From an uncultured Rivularia sp. (GTDB taxonomy: Bacteria; Cyanobacteriota; Cyanobacteriia; Cyanobacteriales; Nostocaceae): DNA of 64,000 nucleotides. The translations under genes and the position numbers were made by a program. The stretch is from contig OY762007.1 in the NCBI GenBank assembly GCA_963665115.1, positions 3,360,001 to 3,424,000 of the forward strand, read 5' to 3'. The notes under the pieces were generated by a model that did no database searches, had not been told where the DNA came from, and saw only the letters and a list, made by a program, of their open reading frames with translations. How positions within the stretch are numbered: position 1 is the first letter of the stretch; each line of letters starts with the position of its first letter. Below, in pieces: positions 54,398 to 63,556 of the stretch.

Positions 54398-55135
54398 TTA
54401 AATATCGTATCCACCACCGACATGAAAAGTTTGTCCGGTCATCCAACGCGCATCTTTGCTGGCAACAAATGATACAACATCGGCGATGTCTTCCGGTTGT
54501 CCGATACGGTTAAAGGGAGATTGTGCGGCAGCAGCTTGGGTATCGTCACCGGAGCTTGCATACATTTCGGTTTCTGTGGGGCCAGGGGAAACTGTATTCA
54601 CGGTAATATTGCGATCGCCTAATTCCATCGCTAAAACTTTACTCATTGATTCGATAGCAGCTTTACTAGAAATGTATATACCGAAACCGGGTTGGGGACG
54701 AGGTACTAAACAGCTAGAAATATTAATGATACGTCCATTGTCGTTAAGTCTTTTTGCTGCTTCTTTCATGCAGAAAAAAGAACCTTTAGTATTGAGTCCG
54801 AAAGTTTTATCAAAATTAGTTTCGTCCATTTCCGCTATTTTACCGACATCTCCGGTACCAGCACAGTTAACAACAATATCTGGTTTACCAAACTGTTGCT
54901 CGGTAGATTCAAACAGTTTTACAACAGATTTGTAATTGCTTATATCTGCTTGAACGCTAATAGCTTCACCGTTTTTATCTTTGATTTGACCGACTACTTG
55001 ATTAGCTTTATCTTTACTACCACCGTAGTGGACGACAAGCTTTGCTCCATCTGCTGCTAAACGTATACAGATAGCGGAACCGATACCGCCAGAACCACCA
55101 GTTACAATTGCGATTTTTCCGTTTAGATTTGTCAT
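54398..55135 (-). CDS. SDR oxidoreductase
   Basis: TGGSGGIG, YISSK, SPGPTET. Confidence 0.92.
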   Translation of the reverse strand: MTNLNGKIAIVTGGSGGIGSAICIRLAADGAKLVVHYGGSKDKANQVVGQIKDKNGEAISVQADISNYKSVVKLFESTEQQFGKPDIVVNCAGTGDVGKIAEMDETNFDKTFGLNTKGSFFCMKEAAKRLNDNGRIINISSCLVPRPQPGFGIYISSKAAIESMSKVLAMELGDRNITVNTVSPGPTETEMYASSGDDTQAAAAQSPFNRIGQPEDIADVVSFVASKDARWMTGQTFHVGGGYDI

Positions 55136-55181
55136 GATTATGATTGAATTTAATTATAAGAAAGAAAATATTTTGACCGAT

Positions 55182-55811
55182 TTATTTAATCTCGCTCAAT
55201 AATTTTTCAGCTTCACTAATTTTGAGATTTTTGTTGTAAAGAGGAGCATTGGGTTCAAAAACAGTACTTTCGCTCAGATTCCCTATATCTTGAGGAGCAA
55301 ATCCAATTTCTTCAATTAGTTTTTTCAAAGTTTCTTTTGCTGAATCATCATCTCCAGCAATTTGAACCGCAATACGGTTTTCTCCCGATTGAAATGCTTG
55401 TTCTTCTAAAACTTTAAAGTAAATAGAATTGAAAGCTTTAACAGTTTTTGCTTTGGGAAACAAACTAGCAATATAACCTGTTGCAGTTTGTGATTCGTCA
55501 TCGATAACTTTTTGGGCTATATCTCCATCTCTTTGGGGATAAGGATTACCTGCATCGATAAGAATTTTATTATCCAAACCGCCAATTTGCTGCGCTACAT
55601 CGGGTACTTTTCCATAAGGAATTGCTAAGAGAATTACCTCACCAAAAGCAGCAGTTTCTGCTGTTGTGCCAACTTTTGCTCCTACTTGATCGGCCATCTG
55701 TTTGAGTTCTTCGGGATGTCGGGAACTAAACATTACTTCATGTCCAACTTTTGCCCAATGTTGTCCTAAAGTTCCGCCAATATTTCCAGAACCGATAATG
55801 CCGATTTTCAT
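55182..55811 (-). CDS. F420-dependent NADP oxidoreductase-like protein
   Basis: IGIIGSGNIG, LLAIPY, IDAGNP, VKAFN. Confidence 0.85.
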   Translation of the reverse strand: MKIGIIGSGNIGGTLGQHWAKVGHEVMFSSRHPEELKQMADQVGAKVGTTAETAAFGEVILLAIPYGKVPDVAQQIGGLDNKILIDAGNPYPQRDGDIAQKVIDDESQTATGYIASLFPKAKTVKAFNSIYFKVLEEQAFQSGENRIAVQIAGDDDSAKETLKKLIEEIGFAPQDIGNLSESTVFEPNAPLYNKNLKISEAEKLLSEIK

Positions 55812-55839
55812 GATTTTTATTGTTTTAATTTTATAGTTA

Positions 55840-56487
55840 TTACCCTTGATTCAGAAGACTGCAAATAGTATCAACATCAGTCATCACAGCATCAGCAGTA
55901 AATTTAATACTTTCCAAAGAACGCTTTCCGGCTTCATCATTTCCCGCTCCACAAGCATCCGTAACGATAACGGGAATGTAACCTCGATCCGCCCCATGAC
56001 GAATCGTTGGCTCGATACCAATTTCCGTAGCTATACCCATAACCGCAAAGGAATTAATACCGCAATCTTTTAAAGCAATATCTAAAAAAGTGCCCTCGAA
56101 AGCAGACATGGTAATCTTATCGAAAATAACTTCTGAGGGAAGAGGAGATAGTTCAGGTATCAGTTGAAAACGTTCGGAATCTCGTAAAAACCAAGGATTA
56201 ACTTTTTCAACTTTATCGGTTCCCTGCCAAGTCATTGCTTGACGCAGTTGAAAAACTCCCGCAACTTCTTTTGGTAACGACAAATGACGGCAGAAAAATA
56301 CTCGAAACCCTCCTTTACGTGCTGCTTCAAGGACTTTAAGAATATTATTTGTAATTAGTTCAGTTTTTTCTTTTGGTAGTTGGTTCATAATGCCAACCTG
56401 CATATCGTAAATTAAAAGCGCCATCTTTTCAGGATGACAAATTTCGGATAAATTTTGAGGTATTTCTAAACCAAAAGCACGTTCCAT
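55840..56487 (-). CDS. Isochorismatase-like hydrolase
   Basis: LLIYDMQ, FDKITMSAFEGT, GIATEIGIEPT, VTDACG; ATG at 56487. Confidence 0.87.
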   Translation of the reverse strand: MERAFGLEIPQNLSEICHPEKMALLIYDMQVGIMNQLPKEKTELITNNILKVLEAARKGGFRVFFCRHLSLPKEVAGVFQLRQAMTWQGTDKVEKVNPWFLRDSERFQLIPELSPLPSEVIFDKITMSAFEGTFLDIALKDCGINSFAVMGIATEIGIEPTIRHGADRGYIPVIVTDACGAGNDEAGKRSLESIKFTADAVMTDVDTICSLLNQG

Positions 56488-56538
56488 TTTATTACCCCGA
56501 TAATTTATAGTTGTACTAACGACGCACAATTTGCAAAT

Positions 56539-57306
56539 TTATTGTTCGCTATAATTCCACAACAATCCACCATCAACGTAGAAAGTTGAACCAGTAATGT
56601 ATTTAGCTTCATCGGAAGCCAGGAATGCAACTATTCCCGAAACGTCTTCCGGTTCCCCCAAACGTCCCAAAGGAATATTTTGAGTAACTTTTTTTAGCTG
56701 TTCGGGATTGTCAAGTAAACCTTGGTTGATAGGGGTTTTAATTGCTCCCGGTGCAACGTTATTAATTGTAATTCCTAAAGGTCCCAACTCTACCGCTAAA
56801 TTCCGCATAATCATTTTGACACCACCTTTACTCGCGCAATAGGAAGTAAAGTGAGGAAAAGGCAGTTCTTCATGGACGGAACTAATGTTAACAATTCTGC
56901 CTTTATTATCAGTTTCGCGAAAATGTTTAACTACTGCTTGAGTTGTAAAAAATACAGCTTTGAGATTAACATCTAATACCAAATCGTAATCATCTTCAGT
57001 GATATCCCAAAAATCGGCACGTTTTTCTAAACCTGCATTATTAACTAAAATATCAACCTTACCAAAATGACTAATGCTTTCTTGAACTAAGTTATTAATC
57101 TCCTCAACTTTACTTAAATCGGCTTTGACAATGTAACCTTCGCCACCAGCTTTTTCAACTTTTTCTTTAGTTTCTTTTGCTTCGTCGGGATGAGAACGGT
57201 AATTAACGACCACTTTCGCGCCTTCTTGCGCCAAACGTTCGCAAATCGCTTCACCGATTCCACCGCTACCACCAGTAACTATTGCAACTTTTCCTTCTAA
57301 TTTCAT
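56539..57306 (-). CDS. Glucose 1-dehydrogenase-like SDR
   Basis: VVVNY, NNAGLE, SSVHE, YCASKGG, APGAIKTPIN. Confidence 0.9.
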   Translation of the reverse strand: MKLEGKVAIVTGGSGGIGEAICERLAQEGAKVVVNYRSHPDEAKETKEKVEKAGGEGYIVKADLSKVEEINNLVQESISHFGKVDILVNNAGLEKRADFWDITEDDYDLVLDVNLKAVFFTTQAVVKHFRETDNKGRIVNISSVHEELPFPHFTSYCASKGGVKMIMRNLAVELGPLGITINNVAPGAIKTPINQGLLDNPEQLKKVTQNIPLGRLGEPEDVSGIVAFLASDEAKYITGSTFYVDGGLLWNYSEQ

Positions 57307-57418
57307 AGTTTTAGACCTTATGGTAAATCAAGATGAAAGCAACAAAATTAGATTTAACCCAAAATCATCTGTTTGTCTTTCACATTCTTGCTCAAATTCG
57401 TCAATTATTGCTTTTTTA

Positions 57419-57475
57419 GGTTCGTAATAAGGACTTCAGTCCTTAATAGAAGAGTTGAAACTCTTACTACGAACC
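57419..57475. repeat. REPIN-like double hairpin, family B
   Basis: GGTTCGTAATAAGGAC-TTCA-GTCC...GAGT-TGAA-ACTCTTACTACGAACC. Confidence 0.8.
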
Positions 57476-57521
57476 CTTTTAAATTTAAGTTGGTAATAAC
57501 AATCTAAAATCCAAAATTGGA

Positions 57522-58181
57522 TCACCAAGGCAATATTTCGCCGTTAGAATGCCAAAATGTTCCGGTATTATCCATATTCAATTCATCAATTCGAGCTAAT
57601 AATCCTTTCACCGACTCCTCGGTGGTAATTCCAGAAAAGCCAGTCATGCGGGTTTTTACTAATCCTGGATGCAGAATTGCTACGGGAATATTTTTTGATT
57701 TCAAGTCTTCGGATAATGATTTACCAGCCATTGATAAAGCAACTTTCGACATCCGATAACCGTAGGAGCCACCGGAAGTGTTGTCATCAATCGAACCCAT
57801 ACGGCTGGTCATTAAGATAATTTTAGAACCCGATTTTAAGTTATTTAATAAAGCCTGAGTTAATCTTAATGGCCCAACTGCATTAACTTCAAACTGCTTG
57901 CGGATACTGTCAAAATCTAAATTATCTAAGCTAACTCGCTCGACAATCCCGGCGTTATTAATTAAAACATCGAGGGTTTTGCCGTCAAGTTTTTTAACTA
58001 ATTGAGCTACAGAAGTATCAGAAGTAATATCAACATCTGTTTCAACTTGTACGTCTAAATCTTTTAATTCATCTGATAGCGATCGACATACAGCAATCAC
58101 ATTATCACCTCTTTCTTTAAGTTGGCGACAATATTCTAAGCCGATACCTCGATTTGCACCCGTTACTAAATAAGTTGTCAT
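57522..58181 (-). CDS. CsgA-like SDR oxidoreductase
   Basis: TGANRGIG, TSRMGSI.DN.SGGSYGYRMSK, HPGLVKT. Confidence 0.9.
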   Translation of the reverse strand: MTTYLVTGANRGIGLEYCRQLKERGDNVIAVCRSLSDELKDLDVQVETDVDITSDTSVAQLVKKLDGKTLDVLINNAGIVERVSLDNLDFDSIRKQFEVNAVGPLRLTQALLNNLKSGSKIILMTSRMGSIDDNTSGGSYGYRMSKVALSMAGKSLSEDLKSKNIPVAILHPGLVKTRMTGFSGITTEESVKGLLARIDELNMDNTGTFWHSNGEILPW

Positions 58182-58234
58182 ATTTTTTGAAGTTCACTTA
58201 CAGTTATTTTAGATCGCAATTATTCGTTTTCTTC

Positions 58235-58291
58235 GGTTCGTAGTTGCGCTTCAGCGCTTCCTATAAGATGCGCTAAAGCACAACTACAAAC
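58235..58291. repeat. REPIN-like double hairpin, family B
   Basis: GGTTCGTAGTTGCGC-TTCA-GCGC...GCGC-TAAA-GCACAACTACAAAC. Confidence 0.8.
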
Positions 58292-58340
58292 AAATATCTT
58301 TTTAAACAAGAACAGGAAGAAAGTAATTTCAGTTATTAAT

Positions 58341-59991
58341 TCACTCCTTCAGCACTTTATGCACAAACTTAACCGCCATCGAACCTTCACCAACAGCAGA
58401 AGCAACCCGTTTGATTGACTCACAACGAACATCTCCAGCAGCAAATATTCCTTCACAACTGGTTTCTAAGAAAAACGGCTGACGCTCTCCCGCCCATGAT
58501 GGAGAATCTTTTACTTCTAATCCCGTTTTGATAAATCCTTTTTCATCAGTTTCGATTTCTTTTGGCAGCCAATTTGTATGAGGTTTGGCACCAATAAAAA
58601 CGAAAATAGAACAAGCATCTATTTGCTGTTTATCCTGAGTTTTATTGTTGGTAATTTCAACCTTACTCAACATTCCATCGCCTTTTGCACCCGTTATTTC
58701 GGTATTAGTTAAAACTTCTACATTTTTTATTTGCTCTACTCTTTGCAATAGATATTGAGACATTTTTTGAGCTAAATCGTCACCGCGTATTAATATCAAG
58801 ACTTTATCAGCAAATTGAGATAAAAATACTGCCGCTTGACCCGCTGAATTACCGCCACCAACGATAATTACTGTAGAGTCTTGGCACATTTGCGCTTCTA
58901 CTTTGGTAGCGCTGTAGTAAACCCCGGTGCCTTCATAATTTTCGATTCCGTCAACGGGAAGCCTGCGATAGGAAACCCCGGTTGCGATTAACACCGATTG
59001 TGTATTTACTTGCTCTCCATCATCAAGTTTAAGAATATAATGTTCGTCTTTTTTTTCTAAGCTGACGATTTCAGAAGGAACTGAAAATTGACTGCCAAAT
59101 TTTTGCGCTTGAATTTGCGCCCGACAAGCTAATTCGTTTCCTGATAAACCCGTAGGAAATCCGGTATAATTTTCAATTTTGGAACTGCAACCGGCTTGTC
59201 CTCCCAAACCTTCTTTTTCTAATATTATCGTGTCCAGTCCTTCTGAGGAGCCGTAAACTGCTGCGGCTAAACCCGCAGGTCCCGCACCAATGACTGCTAA
59301 ATCGTATACTTTGTTTTCAATCGGTTTTTTCATGCCGAGACATTCAGCCATTTTCCGATTGGAAGGATTTTTGGTTATCCATTCACCACCATAGACTACC
59401 ACTGGGGTTTCTTCGTGTCCGACATCGAACTGCTGAAGAATTTGCGAAACTTCCTCTTGTTGTTCTAGATCGATCCACTCAAACTCGACATGATTTTTGC
59501 TGAGAAAATCGCGAATGCGGAAAGTATCGCTACAGCTAGCTGGCCCCAACAACGCGCAATCCTATGTAATCTGAGTCTTTGAGGGCTTGAGCGCGAGCAA
59601 TAAAAGTTTGCAAAATTAAATCGCTTAAACCGGATTTCTCGTTTAAAATTCTTCTTAATTTATCCGGTGGAATTGCATAAACTTCACAATCATTTTTAGC
59701 AACTACGTTGCCAGTTGCGGGACTACCTTTGAGGTTCGCCAAATCGCCAACAAATTCTCTAGCTCCTAAAGTAACTAAAGTTCTATTTTCGCCACTGGAA
59801 CTGTCGATAACCTCAACTTCTCCCGATTTTACGATATAAAAATCGAATTCCTTTTCCCCTGCTTTAACTAAAGTTTCTCCATCTTTAAAGCTTTGGCGAT
59901 CGCCGAATTCTGCCAACTCTGAGATTTTATCTTCACTGAGTTTGGGGAAAGCTTTTTTATTCTCATTTCTATCAATTAATTCTCCAACCAT
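58341..59991 (-). CDS. cNMP-binding domain fused to thioredoxin-reductase-like flavoprotein, split by one extra base at 59544-59547; ~549 aa repaired
   Basis: cNMP fold (FYIVKSGEVEV, EFVGDL); GAGPAG, IENYTGFPTG, GGGNSA, FAAGDVR, KRVASAVGEG; repair gives LRVVGPASCSD. Confidence 0.88.
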
Positions 59992-60051
59992 GTCTAATAC
60001 TTCCTTTAAACGAATAAATATTACTAATACTTAATTGCATTAATTTTCTCA

Positions 60052-60108
60052 GGTTCGTAGTAAGGGCTTTAGCCCTAAATCCGAGGGCTAAAGCCCTTAC
60101 TATGAAGC
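60052..60108. repeat. REPIN-like double hairpin, family B
   Basis: GGTTCGTAGTAAGGGC-TTTA-GCCC...GGGC-TAAA-GCCCTTACTATGAAGC. Confidence 0.8.
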
Positions 60109-60120
60109 CTATGAAAGAAA

Positions 60121-60756
60121 CTAATTGCTTGTCACAGAATCAACAAGCTCGTAAAGATGATGTTCGTTTTCTGCAATTCCTTCCCAGTAAGGAGATTCGC
60201 TACCGAATCCTGGCTGCTTCTTCAAATTTTCAATCGCTTCTTGATTGCTCCACTGTCCGTAATTAATCACGCGAGTCCCATCGAGACTGCGATGAAAATT
60301 AGCGGATACCAATCCCGGTAATTTCATTGCTTTACCAACATTCTCTTTCGCTAACTCCATCATTCGAGGTTGATTTTCGGGCTGCATTCTGAATTCAGCA
60401 AAATGGTAAATATATTTTTTATCTATTTCTGGTATACCTTCTTTCGATTCAGAAATAACTATTTCATAAACATGAATATCTGGTGGATTAAATTGTCTTA
60501 TTTTGACTGCCTTTTCTTGTACTTCGGCATTCTTGATAAAATTTTCAAAGTCTTTCGCGGTTTTCCACTGAGCGTAATTAGCAACTTTCAAACCATCTAA
60601 GCTTTTGTGAATATTGGCAGAAACAAAACCGGGCTGTTGTTTTACCGTATCGCCAAATTCAGCAATGTTATCTATTAATTCTTGCTGCTTTTCTGCTTCA
60701 ACATTAAAAATTATGATTACGGTCGCGATTTCATTTTTTGTAGCGATGGTAGGCAT
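60121..60756 (-). CDS. Tandem-domain ABM-family monooxygenase
   Basis: QPGFVSANIHKSLDGLKVANYAQW repeated as LPGLVSANFHRSLDGTRVINYGQW. Confidence 0.87.
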   Translation of the reverse strand: MPTIATKNEIATVIIIFNVEAEKQQELIDNIAEFGDTVKQQPGFVSANIHKSLDGLKVANYAQWKTAKDFENFIKNAEVQEKAVKIRQFNPPDIHVYEIVISESKEGIPEIDKKYIYHFAEFRMQPENQPRMMELAKENVGKAMKLPGLVSANFHRSLDGTRVINYGQWSNQEAIENLKKQPGFGSESPYWEGIAENEHHLYELVDSVTSN

Positions 60757-60858
60757 TGATATCTCCCGTTAGTTTATATCCTTCTTACCTATTTATTGAA
60801 ATTACGATAAAAAAGTGCATAAGTAAAATTGTTTTTATTAATGTACTCTGACTGAATA

Positions 60859-60880
60859 TGAACTGTATCGATACAGTTCA
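60859..60880. promoter_or_regulatory. Perfect 22-bp palindrome, candidate repressor operator
   Basis: TGAACTGTATCGATACAGTTCA about 100 bp upstream of the first gene of the redox cluster. Confidence 0.65.
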
Positions 60881-61179
60881 ATTAGAAAATGATGCCAATT
60901 TAATTAAGCTTAATTCTTACTATTGCTACTATAAATTAGATTACAAGTTTTAATCAACTTGAAAAATCATACTTTAGAAATAATTTTTTATATCAAACGA
61001 ACGAAGACTTTTTGTAAAAAAATAACTGAACAGTATATTTATTCTTTGATTGCTTAAAAGTAAAGTTTAGTATCAAAATTAACTTCATAGCAGTCAAAAG
61101 TATTAATTTAGAAATATCTTCTTTAAGTTAACAGCTTTTTAAATCAACTATCGATAATTTGAAATAGGTCAGCAATATC

Positions 61180-61497
61180 ATGTCACGTCTTCTGCAAATA
61201 GTTCAAAATACCTTTGTTCGCGTTATCGCTTTCTTCTCTGTAATATTTGGCTCCGTTTCTGGCTTTTTCGGAAAAATCTTTGGTGGTTTCGGTAAAAGTT
61301 TAGGATTTTCTGATTCTAATTCGGGATACTTCGTAGAATCCGACCAAAAACAAGCTACAGAGAAACCAGTAGAAAAAGCTAAAATACCCGTAGCAGCGGT
61401 AAAAACCCCCGAGCCTACTGTTAGCAGTAACCGCCGTCGTCCAAAAAAATCTAGTATGGACGATTTTATGAAAATGGCTAAAGAAATAAAAAAATAG
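61180..61497 (+). CDS. Small hypothetical, probably membrane-associated protein
   Basis: Amphipathic Phe/Gly-rich N-terminus, basic RRRPKK..MDDFMKMAKE C-terminus. Confidence 0.7.
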   Translation: MSRLLQIVQNTFVRVIAFFSVIFGSVSGFFGKIFGGFGKSLGFSDSNSGYFVESDQKQATEKPVEKAKIPVAAVKTPEPTVSSNRRRPKKSSMDDFMKMAKEIKK

Positions 61498-61632
61498 CCG
61501 TTAATTATCAACTGTCTGTGGAAAGGGAATAGGGAATAAGGAACAGAGAAAAGACGAATAAATAAACTTTATAACCCGGTTTTTCGATCGAATCGGGTTT
61601 CTTGATTTTGGCGTAATATAATTTGTCACAAA

Positions 61633-62241
61633 ATGTTAGAGAATGCAAAATTGGAAAAAGCAATTGAACAAGCAGCGGATTTTTTACAAAGCAAAATCAA
61701 AAAACCACCTGAATCAGAGGCTGTGGTTGAAGCTTTAATCGCAGCAGAAAAAGCGGCTAAACAAAATAAAGTAAACTATAGTTATTTGCAGTTAATCGGT
61801 GATTGGCGACTGGGGTTCATTACTGGAACTAAAAAAACTCGCAAGCGTGCGGGAGTGGTTTTAGGAGCAGGAAGATTTTTATCAAAGCTGGTAAAAATTC
61901 AACTTGCTTACAGTAAATCGGAATCGCAAGACAGGGGAAACGTTGAAAATTCCGTACAATTCGGTTTATTAAAGATAGTTTTAACTGGGCCAGTCAAATT
62001 TTGGAATAGTAAAAACATCCTCGCATTTGATTTTACCAAAATGCGGTTATCTTTATCGGGATTAAAATTATATCAAGGTTACATTCGCGGTGGAAAAGAT
62101 AGAGAAGAAAGTTTTTACCAGCAGACTTTGAAACAGCAAGCATTTTTTACCTACTTTTTAATAGAAGATAACTACATTGCAGCAAGAGGTAAAGGTGGTG
62201 GATTGGCTTTGTGGGTAAAAGAATTAGGATCTAGGAGTTAG
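61633..62241 (+). CDS. Hypothetical protein, possibly fibrillin/lipocalin-like
   Basis: LIGDWRLGFITGT, LAFDF, AARGKGGGLALW. Confidence 0.65.
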   Translation: MLENAKLEKAIEQAADFLQSKIKKPPESEAVVEALIAAEKAAKQNKVNYSYLQLIGDWRLGFITGTKKTRKRAGVVLGAGRFLSKLVKIQLAYSKSESQDRGNVENSVQFGLLKIVLTGPVKFWNSKNILAFDFTKMRLSLSGLKLYQGYIRGGKDREESFYQQTLKQQAFFTYFLIEDNYIAARGKGGGLALWVKELGSRS

Positions 62242-62257
62242 AAGTTAAGAATTATTT

Positions 62258-62293
62258 CTACCCCCTCTACCCCCTCTACCCCCTCTACCCCCT
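62258..62293. repeat. (CTACCCCCT)4
   Basis: Four tandem 9-mers. Confidence 0.9.
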
Positions 62294-62301
62294 CTCCATC
62301 T

Positions 62302-63128
62302 TCACTTCTTCGTCATTGCCCAAACACCGCACCAATCTTCGGGAATTCCATTACACTGCAATTCTTCAACCCTTTCTAAATATAGTGCTGCGGCTTTATC
62401 TTCAGGATTCACAACCAACACTTTTTCAAAATATTCCTTGGCTTTAAGGCAATCACGAATTACGAATTACGAATTACGAATTACGAATTATATTCACTAC
62501 AGCGATAACTTTCTAATCCGTTTTCAAAGTCTGCTAGAGTTTGTAACTTTAAATCGCGAATTTCTGGCAATTCCCCATCTAATATTTCATAAATGGCGAT
62601 CGCCTCGCTTCTTCCTTTAACTACAACTCGATCTAAAAAGCGCATTTTACTAGCTTCGGAGTACCACTTTTTGCTTCTTCGGCATTGCTATCATAAAATA
62701 AAAACTGACCTCCGGTAAAATTCTTAGTTATCGCAATTTTATTAAGTGGCTCCGCACCAACATATCCACCTTTTTTATTACCAAAATAAATTGCGTTGAC
62801 ATCAAATACTTGTTTCTGTTGCCAAAATTGCTGCGCCAGCGCATCTTGGCTATTTAAATTCATTAAACCAATCTGATGAGATAGAAGATTATTTTGATTA
62901 ATTGAATGCGGTTTCACTTCGTAACTGATAAACAACGTCACCTACTGCTTCACGGTAATTCTTAAATGAAAGATACTGAACTATTCCTACTGTTCCCATG
63001 ATTTGCAATACAAATGGAACAACTAATACGGTACGCAAGGGAATTCGTTTTCCGACTGTAGCTAATTTTTGAAAAAATCCTTTTTTATCCTTACCTGTTG
63101 CTCGATCGCCCAATTTCTCTGCAACCAT
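62302..63128 (-). pseudogene. Internally deleted membrane sensor class III adenylate/guanylate cyclase
   Basis: N-terminal PLRTVLVVPFVLQI..LSFKN; C-terminal RFLDRVVVKGRSEAIAIYEIL and YFEKVL..PEDKAA.LYLER..DW.GVW; frameshifts and an STRR insertion. Confidence 0.82.
62455..62489. repeat. STRR (ACGAATT)5 inside the cyclase pseudogene
   Basis: Five tandem heptamers. Confidence 0.92.
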
Positions 63129-63556
63129 AAGTTACTCTCCTGTTTCTACAGTCTGCTTGACTTATTTTTTTTACAATTTACGTTCCGGCTTTCTGCGATG
63201 ACCCTTTACTTGCTGTATATTTTACAGCCTATTTTTATTTATAAGTATTTTTTCTGAATAATTTCAATTAGACCAATATCTTTTATCTAAAATCATTTTT
63301 AACTGTTTATCGGAACTCCCATTAAAAATATTGTTCCAAAAATTTTATTTTTATTAAGGGAGTAGGCAACAGGCAACAGCGATCGAGAGATAGGGAGAAA
63401 TTTATTCAATTAACAATTAACAACGAACAAAAAACTCATCTAACACAAATCTTAACAAAACAATAAGTATTTTTAGTGGGGACAATATCCGCGAAATTAC
63501 TTTATTATATTATTCTAAAAGTCTTTCAAAAGGTTAGTTTAGTAAATAATAATACT

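Noticed and set aside
54456..54935. 159-aa antisense ORF and similar short antisense ORFs elsewhere
   Set aside because: Shadow ORFs opposite well-supported genes.
62438..62620. 60-aa plus-strand ORF
   Set aside because: Antisense to the cyclase pseudogene and partly STRR.
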